A DNA stretch of 64,000 bases from NCBI RefSeq assembly GCF_051059595.1, contig NZ_CP050872.1; one strand, given 5' to 3'. The translations under genes and the position numbers were made by a program. The notes beneath the pieces were generated by a model. That model worked only from the letters and a program-made list of their open reading frames with translations, ran no database searches and was not told the origin of the DNA. The DNA is from Gemmatimonas sp. Its GTDB lineage: Bacteria > Gemmatimonadota > Gemmatimonadetes > Gemmatimonadales > Gemmatimonadaceae. This document shows, in pieces, positions 8,752 through 17,932 of this stretch. Each line of letters starts with the position of its first letter. Position 1 is the first letter of the stretch.

Positions 8752-11076
8752 ATGCGACCACGTATTCTCACGGTACTTCGCCCCGAGCTCAGCATGCCCT
8801 CGATCGTTTTCCGCAGCGGAGTTGCCTGCGCACTGCTGGCCATCGTCGGCATCACGAGCCTTCCGCGAGTGGCGCTCGGACAGGCTGAACGCACGGTCCC
8901 CAGCATTGCCCCGTGGATGTCGCCCGCGTCGCCGCTGTCGCTCGTATCGGCACGACGCGCCGACCGGCTGGCGTTCATCGTGTACGATCGCGGCATGCGT
9001 AACGTGTACAGCGCGGCGGCACCGGACTTTCGCGCTCGGCGGCTTACCAACTTCACGACCGACGACGGAATCGACCTCACCGACGTGCAGCTGTCTGATG
9101 ACGGCAGCACAATCGTTTTCGTGCGCGGGTCGGCGCCCAACCGCTGGGGATGGGTGGCCAACCCCAATCACGATCCCCACGGCGCTGAGCGTGCCATCTG
9201 GGCGGTGCGCACCGCTGGCGGTCCAGCGTGGCGCGTGGCGGCGGGAGCGGCGCCCGTGCTGTCGCCCGACGGACAGTGGGTGCTGTTCACCAAGGACGGA
9301 CAGATCTACCGCGCACGAGTTGCGCGGTCGGCCGCGCTCTCGCCGATGGACACCGGCGGCGTGCCATTCATTCGGCTCTGGGGGCGGAACGGATCGCCCA
9401 GCTGGTCGCCCGACGGCAAGCGCATCGCCTTCGTGAGCGAGCGCGAACATCACGCGTTCATCGTGGTGTACGATGTGCGCTCGCGCACCGTGCAGTACGT
9501 GGCGCCGAGTGTGGATTGTGATGGGACGCCGGCGTGGTCGCCCGACGGCCGCTATCTCGCCTTCTCGCGGCGCCCAGGAACGCCGTTCGGCAGGCAGCAA
9601 CGCACGCCGCCGGGTGTGCAGAACCCCGCCGGTGGCTGTGGCAACGGACCAGGGGCAGCGGGGGCCGCTCCCGCAGTGACCCTGCAGGCAACCACGGTGC
9701 GTGCCCCAGGCTTCCTCACGTCGCAGCTGCCGGGCGGCTATCGACTGGCGCTCATGGTCGCCGACATTGGGGGAGCGAAGAACATCACGTCGCCCATGGT
9801 GACGGCGCAGATCCCCGCGCGCGAAGTGTGGCACAACGCGGTCGGTGACAGCGTGTTCACGTCGCTGACGGCTATGACGTGGGCCGGCGAGCAGATCGCG
9901 TTTCCGGTGAATGTGCCGAAGGATGAGTTCGATCGGTGGTATGCGGTGAAGCTCACGGGCGGCGACCCGATGCGCCTGACGACCACCGACGGGCTGATCG
10001 AAGACGAAACGTCGGTGGCGTGGTCGCGTGATGGCGGCCGTACGATGTTCTACACGACCAACGCGGGTGACATCGAGCGCCGGCATATCTGGTCGGTGCC
10101 AAGCAACGGGGGCGAGCCGGTGCGGCTCAGCAGCGGCATTGGGGTGGAGACGTCACCGCAGCCGCTCGCGAGCGGGCGGTCGGTGGCCGTGCTCGCGTTT
10201 GGTGCGCGTACGCCGGCGTCAGTGGCGCTGGTGCCGACGAGCGGCGGCGCCCCGCGCATCATTTTCCCTGTACTGCCGTCCAGCTTCCCGACGGCCGCGC
10301 ACGTGGAACCGCAGATCGTGAAGACCAAGGCCGACGATGGGCTGGAGATCAGCAACCAGCTGTTCCTGCCGCGCGATCTCAAACCGGGCGAGCAGCGTCC
10401 CGCCATGGTGTTCGTGCACGGCGGACCGCGTCGGCAGATGCTCCCGGCCTATCACTACATGCAGTTCTATCACTGGTCGTACGCCGCGAATCAGTGGCTC
10501 GCCGATCAGGGCTACATCGTGCTCTCCGTCAACTACCGACGCGGTGTTGGCTACGGCAAGAGTTTTCGCGACGCGCCGAACGCACGTGACAAGGGCAACA
10601 GCGAGTATCTCGATGTGTTGGCCGGCGCCAAGTACCTGCAGCAACGCGCAGACGTCGATGCCAAGCGCGTGGGGATCTGGGGGCTCTCGTACGGTGGCCT
10701 GCTCGCGTCACAGGCACTGGCGCGGAACAGTGACATTTTCGTGGCTGGTGTCGATATGGCCGGTGTACACCAGTACGATTACGTGTTCGACTCCACGAGC
10801 AGCGCGTTCACGTCGGCGGCGGTGGGTGCGATCGAAGGCTGGAAGAGCCCGGTGTTTCTGGTGCACGGCGATGATGATCGCAACGTCGACTTCGCACAAA
10901 CCGTGGGGTTGGTACAGCTGCTGCGCGCGCGCAACGTGTATCACGAACTCATCGTGGTGCCCGATGATCTGCACGAGTCCATGTTGCACGCCAACTGGAT
11001 CGACACCTTCGACCGCATGGGTGTCTTTCTCAAGCGCTTCGTGTGGAATCGTGAGCCGGTGCCGGCAGTGCGCTGA
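8752..11076 (+). CDS. S9 family peptidase (prolyl oligopeptidase/DPP-like) with PD40/TolB-type propeller
   Basis: WSPDG repeats, VHGGP, nucleophile GLSYGG, HGDDDRNV (Asp), DDLH (His). Confidence 0.9.
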   Translation: MRPRILTVLRPELSMPSIVFRSGVACALLAIVGITSLPRVALGQAERTVPSIAPWMSPASPLSLVSARRADRLAFIVYDRGMRNVYSAAAPDFRARRLTNFTTDDGIDLTDVQLSDDGSTIVFVRGSAPNRWGWVANPNHDPHGAERAIWAVRTAGGPAWRVAAGAAPVLSPDGQWVLFTKDGQIYRARVARSAALSPMDTGGVPFIRLWGRNGSPSWSPDGKRIAFVSEREHHAFIVVYDVRSRTVQYVAPSVDCDGTPAWSPDGRYLAFSRRPGTPFGRQQRTPPGVQNPAGGCGNGPGAAGAAPAVTLQATTVRAPGFLTSQLPGGYRLALMVADIGGAKNITSPMVTAQIPAREVWHNAVGDSVFTSLTAMTWAGEQIAFPVNVPKDEFDRWYAVKLTGGDPMRLTTTDGLIEDETSVAWSRDGGRTMFYTTNAGDIERRHIWSVPSNGGEPVRLSSGIGVETSPQPLASGRSVAVLAFGARTPASVALVPTSGGAPRIIFPVLPSSFPTAAHVEPQIVKTKADDGLEISNQLFLPRDLKPGEQRPAMVFVHGGPRRQMLPAYHYMQFYHWSYAANQWLADQGYIVLSVNYRRGVGYGKSFRDAPNARDKGNSEYLDVLAGAKYLQQRADVDAKRVGIWGLSYGGLLASQALARNSDIFVAGVDMAGVHQYDYVFDSTSSAFTSAAVGAIEGWKSPVFLVHGDDDRNVDFAQTVGLVQLLRARNVYHELIVVPDDLHESMLHANWIDTFDRMGVFLKRFVWNREPVPAVR

Positions 11077-11109
11077 CCGGCTCACGAGCTGTCGGCACGG
11101 TGCAACGTG

Positions 11110-14028
11110 TCAGCGAATGGCGCCGGCCGCTCCGGCGCGTCGTGGGTCCGCACCGGCCGTCACCGTGCGGCGTCCAATGCGAATGGCGCCGCCGTACCCC
11201 TCGCGAACTTCGCCGCGCGCGGTCACGAAGGTGAGCTCGTAGCCCAGCGTTCGTAGGCGCTCGGTGACCTGCGGCGCGAAACCGTCTTCGAGCTGAATGT
11301 TGAAGGGCGCCGAGCCTGGTGCGGCGCCAGCTGGCGTGACACCGGTGCCGCTGGGGAGGAACCTTGGCAACTCCAGCGCCGCCTGTGCCCCAAGACCGAA
11401 GTCGAGCGCGCCCACGAGCGACTGGTACACCGCGCTCGTAATCCACGCGTTCCCCGCCGCGCCCACGGCGAACACCGGGCGCGTGCCCTCGAAGGCGATG
11501 GTCGGCGCGAGCGTGCTGCCGTGCCGCGCGAAGGGGAGCCGTGACCCGTACTGCGTGGCGTCGGTGCCGTACGAGGTGAGCTTGTCGTTGCTGAGAAAAC
11601 CCAACCCCGGCGTCACGTAGAAGTTGCCACCCCACGTGCCCAGCGTTTGCGTGACCGCCACCGCGTTGCCGTCGGCGTCGGCGACCGTATACGCGGTGGT
11701 GCCGGCGGCGTGGCACACGGCCATTTCACGCGCGTGTTCGTCGCCACACGGGCCACTAGTGTCGGGCGCGTCGGCGACGTCGCTCAACCCGTTTGCCGGT
11801 GGTACCGCCGGCGTCGCAGGCGCGGCCGGACGCGGCTTGAGACACTCGAGCGTATCGCCTCGGGTGAGGCGTGGGGTCAGCGCACGGTCGGCAGAATAAC
11901 ACTGCCAGCGAACGGCCGCCGTGTCCTTGTTGACGATGCTCGAGACATCCACGGGCCACATCGCGGGGTCGGCAATCCGGTTGCGTGAAGACGGCGTGAG
12001 GAACCATGCCGACAACATCGCGTGCATCGTGGCCGCATCGTCGGGATACGGCCGCGGCGTGGGGAACCGCTCCAGCAGATTGAGTCGCGCCACGAGGTCT
12101 GCCCCGCCGCTCACGGGTGGCGCACTCGAGCAGACACGATAGCGGCGATAGCTACCGCACACGGGCGCGCGTTCGTTGGCAAAGTAGCGTGCCAGATCGC
12201 TCACCTTCATGGCGTTCCCCTTCGCCCGCAAATCCCCCGCATACTTCGCCGCTACGTCACCCTTGTAAAAACCATCGGCACCACGCGCCGAAATCTGCTC
12301 GAGTACCCACGCGAGGTCCGCGTTGCGAACGGTGTCGCCGCGCTGCATGGGCGCGCCGTTGCGAAAGAAGAGCGCGCGGCTGCCTTCGTACTTGGCAAAG
12401 TGCTCGCGTTCGATCGCCAGTGTTGTTGCCAGCCCTTCGCTCACTTCGTAGCCGTTGCGCGCCGCCCGAATGGCCGGCGCCACCAGCTGTGCCCACGTGG
12501 CTTTCTTGCTGCCGTGCTGCTGCCAGGCCAGATACATCCCGGCCACGGTGCCCGGCACATTCACCAGGACGGGGCCATCGCTGGGATAGCGGCCATTCAC
12601 CAGCAGCGACGTATTGGTGAGTCCCCCCTCTTCGGGGACGCGGCTCATGAACTCGATGAGTGTCGGCTGCTTCCCCTTGAGCGCGATGACCATTTCGCCG
12701 TAGCCGCCAATGCCGCTCGCATCCGGCTCCACCACCCCGAGGGCAAAGCTCACGGCGACCGCCGCATCAACGACGTTGCCACCAAGGCGGAAAATCTCGA
12801 GCCCGGCTTCGGTGGCCACGGGATGCGCGCTCGACACGGCGGCTTTGCCCGTGGCGTCACGGCGCCGCGGCGGCGCCGCCTGCAGCAGCGCATGGATGGA
12901 GGCTTGCAAGGCACTGTCGCTTTCGGCCTTCATGGCCTGTGGGCGCACGCGGTCACGCGCAGCCGCCCATTGCGCGCGCGCCTCGGCGGGCGCGTTCGCG
13001 CCATAGTACAGACGCGCACTGCGCTCCCACACGCGGTCGAACGCCGCGGCGTTGATGAGCGACCGATCGCCAGGCATCGAGGCCGTCACCGCCACGCGCC
13101 GCGCGTCGGGAGCGACCGGCGCCGGGAGGCGATGCAGCGACAACGGCGTCGCGGACGAGGACAGCGCGGTCTTCTCGTGCGCGGCACGATCGACCCCGCG
13201 GTCCGGATCGCCGTTATAGCTCACACTGATTTCGCGAAATTCGGCGATGCTGATCGTCTGCCCATCGGCCGACCAATCAACGTCGCCGTGCGCGCGCGAG
13301 ACGAGATTCGTGTAGGACTCGCCGCTCACGGGCACCACGACCACACCCGCGCGCGTGGAGACGGCAATCCGATCGCCGGTCGGCGACAGCGCGATGTCTT
13401 CGATCCCAGTGTCGGTGTACACCGTGCGGTCGTTGGCGACGACCTTTCGACCCGTCTCTGTCTCCACGATGTAGGCGAGCACCTTGCCATCGGCCGACAG
13501 GCGCGGACGTCGTTCGGTTTGTTCTGACGCGAACGCTCGACGTTCGGCGCTGTTGCTATCGCGGACCCACACCCGCGAGGCATTGCCGAGGCCACGCTGA
13601 AAGGCGAACCGGGTGCCGCCCGCCGTGGGGGCCACCTCATGCACCGCGCCGTTCGTGACGCGGCGCGCGGCCTCCGTCCACGAGCCCGTCGCACTGTCGC
13701 GAGTACGCGCGTAAATGGCATAGTGCCCGCCGGAGTCGGCCGCCCAATAGAGCGTATTGCCAGCCCAGAACGGATCGCGATGGTACGCGCTCCCTGAGGA
13801 GAGCATCGTGGTCGTGCCGTTGGCGCCAACCAGATAGAGCAGCCCCTGACGCTCGAAGACGAGATCGCCTTGTGACGACAGCGTTGGTTTGCGTGTCGAC
13901 ACGACGGCGGTCTGTGCGTCGGATGACGCGAGCGGCACAGCGGACACCGCGAACAGGAGGGCGCTGGCGCGCGCGATCGTGAACGTGCGCATGACGTTGC
14001 GCATTCCGTTGCGCATGACGTTCTGCAT
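11110..14028 (-). CDS. Gamma-glutamyltransferase-family Ntn hydrolase fused to an N-terminal TolB-like propeller and a tricorn-C1-like helical domain
   Basis: AVSSAHPVATEAGLEIFRLGGNVVDAAVA, VEPDASGIGG, VPGTVAG, nucleophile region GTTAYTVADADGNAVAVTQT, C-terminal GADPRR. Confidence 0.85.
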   Translation of the reverse strand: MQNVMRNGMRNVMRTFTIARASALLFAVSAVPLASSDAQTAVVSTRKPTLSSQGDLVFERQGLLYLVGANGTTTMLSSGSAYHRDPFWAGNTLYWAADSGGHYAIYARTRDSATGSWTEAARRVTNGAVHEVAPTAGGTRFAFQRGLGNASRVWVRDSNSAERRAFASEQTERRPRLSADGKVLAYIVETETGRKVVANDRTVYTDTGIEDIALSPTGDRIAVSTRAGVVVVPVSGESYTNLVSRAHGDVDWSADGQTISIAEFREISVSYNGDPDRGVDRAAHEKTALSSSATPLSLHRLPAPVAPDARRVAVTASMPGDRSLINAAAFDRVWERSARLYYGANAPAEARAQWAAARDRVRPQAMKAESDSALQASIHALLQAAPPRRRDATGKAAVSSAHPVATEAGLEIFRLGGNVVDAAVAVSFALGVVEPDASGIGGYGEMVIALKGKQPTLIEFMSRVPEEGGLTNTSLLVNGRYPSDGPVLVNVPGTVAGMYLAWQQHGSKKATWAQLVAPAIRAARNGYEVSEGLATTLAIEREHFAKYEGSRALFFRNGAPMQRGDTVRNADLAWVLEQISARGADGFYKGDVAAKYAGDLRAKGNAMKVSDLARYFANERAPVCGSYRRYRVCSSAPPVSGGADLVARLNLLERFPTPRPYPDDAATMHAMLSAWFLTPSSRNRIADPAMWPVDVSSIVNKDTAAVRWQCYSADRALTPRLTRGDTLECLKPRPAAPATPAVPPANGLSDVADAPDTSGPCGDEHAREMAVCHAAGTTAYTVADADGNAVAVTQTLGTWGGNFYVTPGLGFLSNDKLTSYGTDATQYGSRLPFARHGSTLAPTIAFEGTRPVFAVGAAGNAWITSAVYQSLVGALDFGLGAQAALELPRFLPSGTGVTPAGAAPGSAPFNIQLEDGFAPQVTERLRTLGYELTFVTARGEVREGYGGAIRIGRRTVTAGADPRRAGAAGAIR

Positions 14029-15968
14029 CAGCGTGCGCCCCGTGCACCACGGCGACGGATCACGACCGATTCGATCACGTCGCCTTCCTGAATGGCGTCG
14101 AGGACGTCGAGCCCGCGTGTGGTGCTTGCGAAGACGGTGTAATCGTGATCGAGCCGCAGGTTGTTCACGAGGTTGATGTACAGCTGCCCATCGCCGGTAT
14201 CACGACCGCGCGTGGAAATGCCGAACGTGCCGCGCAGGTTGCGCGCGCCGACTTCGTCGCGCATGAAATACGGGGTGGCTGGATCGTACTCGTTTGCGCC
14301 GGGGCTGCCGCCTTGCACGACAAAGTTGGGAACGATGCGATGCCACGTCTTGCCGGTGTAGGCGCCACGTTCGGCGAGCTGCACAAACGTATGAACTGCG
14401 ACCGGTGCGACCTCGGGGAGAAGCGCCAACGCCATCCGCCCGCGCCCGCGAATGGTGACCAGGGCCGTTGCGCCCTCGAGGGCGCGGAGCTGCGCTTCCG
14501 TGGGGAACGGCGGGGGCTGCAAGGGTGGCACGAACAGTGTGGCACCGGTGGGCTGCTGCGACCGCAACGCCGGAATGGCCTCGAGCGCCATGCGCTGAAT
14601 AACCGGATCGCCGTCGCGCAGCCACTGGGTGAGCCACGCGCCACCGTACGCCATATGAGACTGGTCGGCGTCGATGATGAACGGAAACAGCACTTCGCGC
14701 GGATCGCGCCAGCGCAGCGGCTTGGTGCGGCTGATGCGCTCGAAGCTCGCGACCGCGGCATCCAACTCGCCACGGGTCGCCCCGGCACCCACACGCTTGA
14801 GTATGGTCGCGGCCTGCAGCAGCAGCCCCGCGTGGTCGGCGCGCAACGCGCTCACGGCTTCAGCGCGCGTGGTGATGGCATCGACGCGCACATTTGGCTC
14901 AGCGTCATTGGCGAGCCGCGCGAGCGTGGCACTGTCATTGAGGCGCCGCGCCGCACGGGCCGCCCAGGCGCGCGCTTGCCAAGGCGCACTGATCGCCAAA
15001 TCGCGCACGGCTCGGCGCGCTTTGAGGCTGTCGGCATACGTGAGCGCGAACACGGCATGCGCTCGTGAGCGCCACGGCGTGGATGCTTGTGCCAACGCAT
15101 AGAGCGGAGCGGGGGCACAGCGCAGCGTACCGAGTAGGTCGATGGCGAGCAGGCGCACATGTTCGCTACGATCGCGAAGATGCGCGAGCGCGCGGTCGCA
15201 GGTACCGGCGCTTCGCAACGCTTGCCAGCGCACCATCGCCGAGGTATCGGTGACCCACGTGCGTCCGAGCATGACGGCAACGCGCCGCACATCGGGGTCG
15301 GCGTCGGCAAGGCCTGCGCGAATGGCGGCCGTATCACGATGCGCGGCGGTGTTGAGCGCCGTGATGAGGGCGAACCGCAAAGCCGGGTCACGGTCCGCGA
15401 CGATGGTACTCGCCATGGCCGTCAACGTCGCGGGTGAGGGGCGATATCCGCCGCGCGCGTTGCGCCGAAGGAACACTTCGACGCCACGCGCTGCGCCTCG
15501 CCGCACCACCAGCGACGTATCCGACAGGCCACCGCGCAGCGTCTCCTCGACCTGCGTCTCCGCCGCGCCGCCGCGCCCCAGTGTTTCGTACAGCTCGGCG
15601 CGAACTGCCGGATGCGTTTCCTTCGCAAAGGGGAAGCTGCGGGTGTGCAGCACCATCGCGGCCGATTTCAACTGCGCCGCGGCGCGCACCGCCTCGAGGC
15701 GCACCGAGGCCGCCGGGCTGTCCATGAGCCGGTCGAGCATGAGCGCCCAGCGCGCGTCATCCGTGCGACCAAGGGCCCGCGCTGCAAGCCGTTGCAGCAC
15801 GGTATCGCCCGATGCGATGGCGCGCTCGATGGTGCGCATATCGGTGAGGCGGGCATGTTCCGCCACCATGACCTGGTACGGCGTCGCCACCGGCGGTTGG
15901 AGCACGGGCGCCGAGAGGGACGTGGAGACGACGGCGCTACGGAGCAGCAGGGAGGCCAACGACCACAT
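14028..15968 (-). CDS. HEAT-repeat protein with C-terminal cyclophilin-type peptidyl-prolyl isomerase
   Basis: Multiple D....VR..A HEAT repeats; cyclophilin motifs WHRIVPNFVVQGG, RGTFG, TGDGQLYINL, LDHDYTVF. Confidence 0.85.
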   Translation of the reverse strand: MWSLASLLLRSAVVSTSLSAPVLQPPVATPYQVMVAEHARLTDMRTIERAIASGDTVLQRLAARALGRTDDARWALMLDRLMDSPAASVRLEAVRAAAQLKSAAMVLHTRSFPFAKETHPAVRAELYETLGRGGAAETQVEETLRGGLSDTSLVVRRGAARGVEVFLRRNARGGYRPSPATLTAMASTIVADRDPALRFALITALNTAAHRDTAAIRAGLADADPDVRRVAVMLGRTWVTDTSAMVRWQALRSAGTCDRALAHLRDRSEHVRLLAIDLLGTLRCAPAPLYALAQASTPWRSRAHAVFALTYADSLKARRAVRDLAISAPWQARAWAARAARRLNDSATLARLANDAEPNVRVDAITTRAEAVSALRADHAGLLLQAATILKRVGAGATRGELDAAVASFERISRTKPLRWRDPREVLFPFIIDADQSHMAYGGAWLTQWLRDGDPVIQRMALEAIPALRSQQPTGATLFVPPLQPPPFPTEAQLRALEGATALVTIRGRGRMALALLPEVAPVAVHTFVQLAERGAYTGKTWHRIVPNFVVQGGSPGANEYDPATPYFMRDEVGARNLRGTFGISTRGRDTGDGQLYINLVNNLRLDHDYTVFASTTRGLDVLDAIQEGDVIESVVIRRRGARGAR

Positions 15969-16069
15969 GGGCGATCCTCGACAAGAGGGTGATAGTGCTC
16001 CGCAAATATGCCCTTCGGCGCGCGTTCCGCGTAACTTTCGTGCTTCGCCCCGAAACACGGAGAACGTTC

Positions 16070-17866
16070 ATGCGGTCATCCCTGCGTCGTGGTGCCATCG
16101 CCGGCGCCATGCTGCTCCCGACTCTTGCTCCCTCGCTCGCTGCGCAGAGGACCCCCAAGGTCAATCGCTTCGGCAATCCTGAGACGCTCAAGCCGGCACC
16201 CACTGCGGCGGCCATCACGCCGCGCGACCTGCAGATTCGCCTCTATCAGTTTGCCGACGATTCCATGATGGGGCGGCAGGTGGGACGGGCTGGCAACAAG
16301 AAAGGCACCGATTTCATTGCGGCCGAGCTCAAGCGCCTGGGAGTCGTTCCGGGGGGCGTGAACGGCACGTACTTCCAGAACCTGCCGTTCCATCTGCGCA
16401 AGTTTACCGAACACTCGCGCGTGACCGTCGACGGTAACCCGATGGCGTGGAACACGGACATCGTGGCGGTTCCGGGGCTGCGGGCGCCGCGCACTGTCAA
16501 TGACGCCGAAGTGGTGTTTGGTGGGACGCAGGGCGATACCACCCTGCAGATCCCGGCGAAGGACGCCGTTGGCAAGTTCGTCGTGCTACTGTCGGCCGCT
16601 GGTCCCCGGGGCGGGCAGGGGCAGGGCTTTGCCGTGCGCCAGGGGTTCACGCAGGCTCCCTCGCGCTTTGCCGATGCGGCGGCGATTGCGGTCATTGACC
16701 TCGACAATCTCACGCCGGCTCAGCGTGCGGCGATCAACGACCCCACGGTAGCGCAGCAGAACGCCCCCGCACGGGCGGGCGGTGCTGCAGCCGCTCCCGT
16801 CGATTCGCTCGCGCTGCTCAAGCGTGAATTGGCATCGTTGCAGCCGCAGCCAAGCTTCCGCCTCACCCGTGCCGGCGCCGCGCAGCTGTTCAAGGGACAG
16901 TCCGTCGACGCGCTTTCCCCGGGGGCCAAGGGCGGCGTGGTGAACTCGGCGCTCGACTACGTGGAGCTGCCCACCGACTTCGCGCGCAACGTGATCGGCA
17001 TCATTCCCGGGAGTGACCCCAAGCTCAAGTCGCAGTTCGTCGCCATCGGCGCGCACAACGATCACGTGGGCATGACCACGCCGGTCGACAAGGACTCGCT
17101 GAAGGCGTTCAACGACGCACGCAACAAGTTGCTGCTCGCCAACAGGATGAAGCCGCTGGGGCCGGAGCTGACATCGAAGATTACGGTGAACATGGACAGC
17201 ATCCGCAAGCGGTATCCGTCGCCGCGGCTCGACTCGATCAACAACGGCGCCGACGACGACGGTTCGGGCTCCATGGGGGTGCTCGAAATTGCCGAAGCGA
17301 TCATGGCCATGCCGGTCAAACCCAAGCGTTCGATTTTGCTCGTGTGGCACACCGGCGAAGAAGCCGGACTCCTGGGCGCCGCGCACTTCACGCGCCATCC
17401 GACGGTGCCGATTGATTCCGTCGTGGCACAGCTCAACATCGACATGATCGGGCGTGGTCGCGCCGAGGATCTGCCGGGCGGCAGCGATGATTACGTGGCC
17501 GTCGTCGGATCGCTCTTCGACTCGAAGGACCTGGGCGAAACCGTCGCGCGCATCAACACCAAGCAGCCGAAGCCACTCGCGCTCGACTACAAGTTCGACG
17601 AGCCGATCGACTGGTCGGGGTACAACAACATCTACGCGCGCAGCGACCATTTCCGCTATGCGCAGCAGGGGGTGCCGATTGCGTTCTTCTTTACCGGGTT
17701 GCACGGCGACTATCACCAGCGCACGGATGAGCCCGAGCATATCGACTACCCCCACTACGCGCGGATTACGAACTACATTCGCGATATCACCGTCGATGTG
17801 GCCAATGGGCCGCGTCCGCGGTTGAACGGCACGAAGCCGGCCAAACCCAAGGTCATCGTTCCGTAA
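16070..17866 (+). CDS. M28 family metallopeptidase with PA-like insert, secreted
   Basis: GAHNDH, NGADDDGSG, TGEEAGLLG, LNIDMIGR, RSDH, YHQRTDE; signal peptide. Confidence 0.9.
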   Translation: MRSSLRRGAIAGAMLLPTLAPSLAAQRTPKVNRFGNPETLKPAPTAAAITPRDLQIRLYQFADDSMMGRQVGRAGNKKGTDFIAAELKRLGVVPGGVNGTYFQNLPFHLRKFTEHSRVTVDGNPMAWNTDIVAVPGLRAPRTVNDAEVVFGGTQGDTTLQIPAKDAVGKFVVLLSAAGPRGGQGQGFAVRQGFTQAPSRFADAAAIAVIDLDNLTPAQRAAINDPTVAQQNAPARAGGAAAAPVDSLALLKRELASLQPQPSFRLTRAGAAQLFKGQSVDALSPGAKGGVVNSALDYVELPTDFARNVIGIIPGSDPKLKSQFVAIGAHNDHVGMTTPVDKDSLKAFNDARNKLLLANRMKPLGPELTSKITVNMDSIRKRYPSPRLDSINNGADDDGSGSMGVLEIAEAIMAMPVKPKRSILLVWHTGEEAGLLGAAHFTRHPTVPIDSVVAQLNIDMIGRGRAEDLPGGSDDYVAVVGSLFDSKDLGETVARINTKQPKPLALDYKFDEPIDWSGYNNIYARSDHFRYAQQGVPIAFFFTGLHGDYHQRTDEPEHIDYPHYARITNYIRDITVDVANGPRPRLNGTKPAKPKVIVP

Positions 17867-17932
17867 GGCTCAGCGTGTTCACGTGCGCGGGGAACGTCAA
17901 CGGCGATGTCCCCCGCGTATGAAGCGCAAGGC

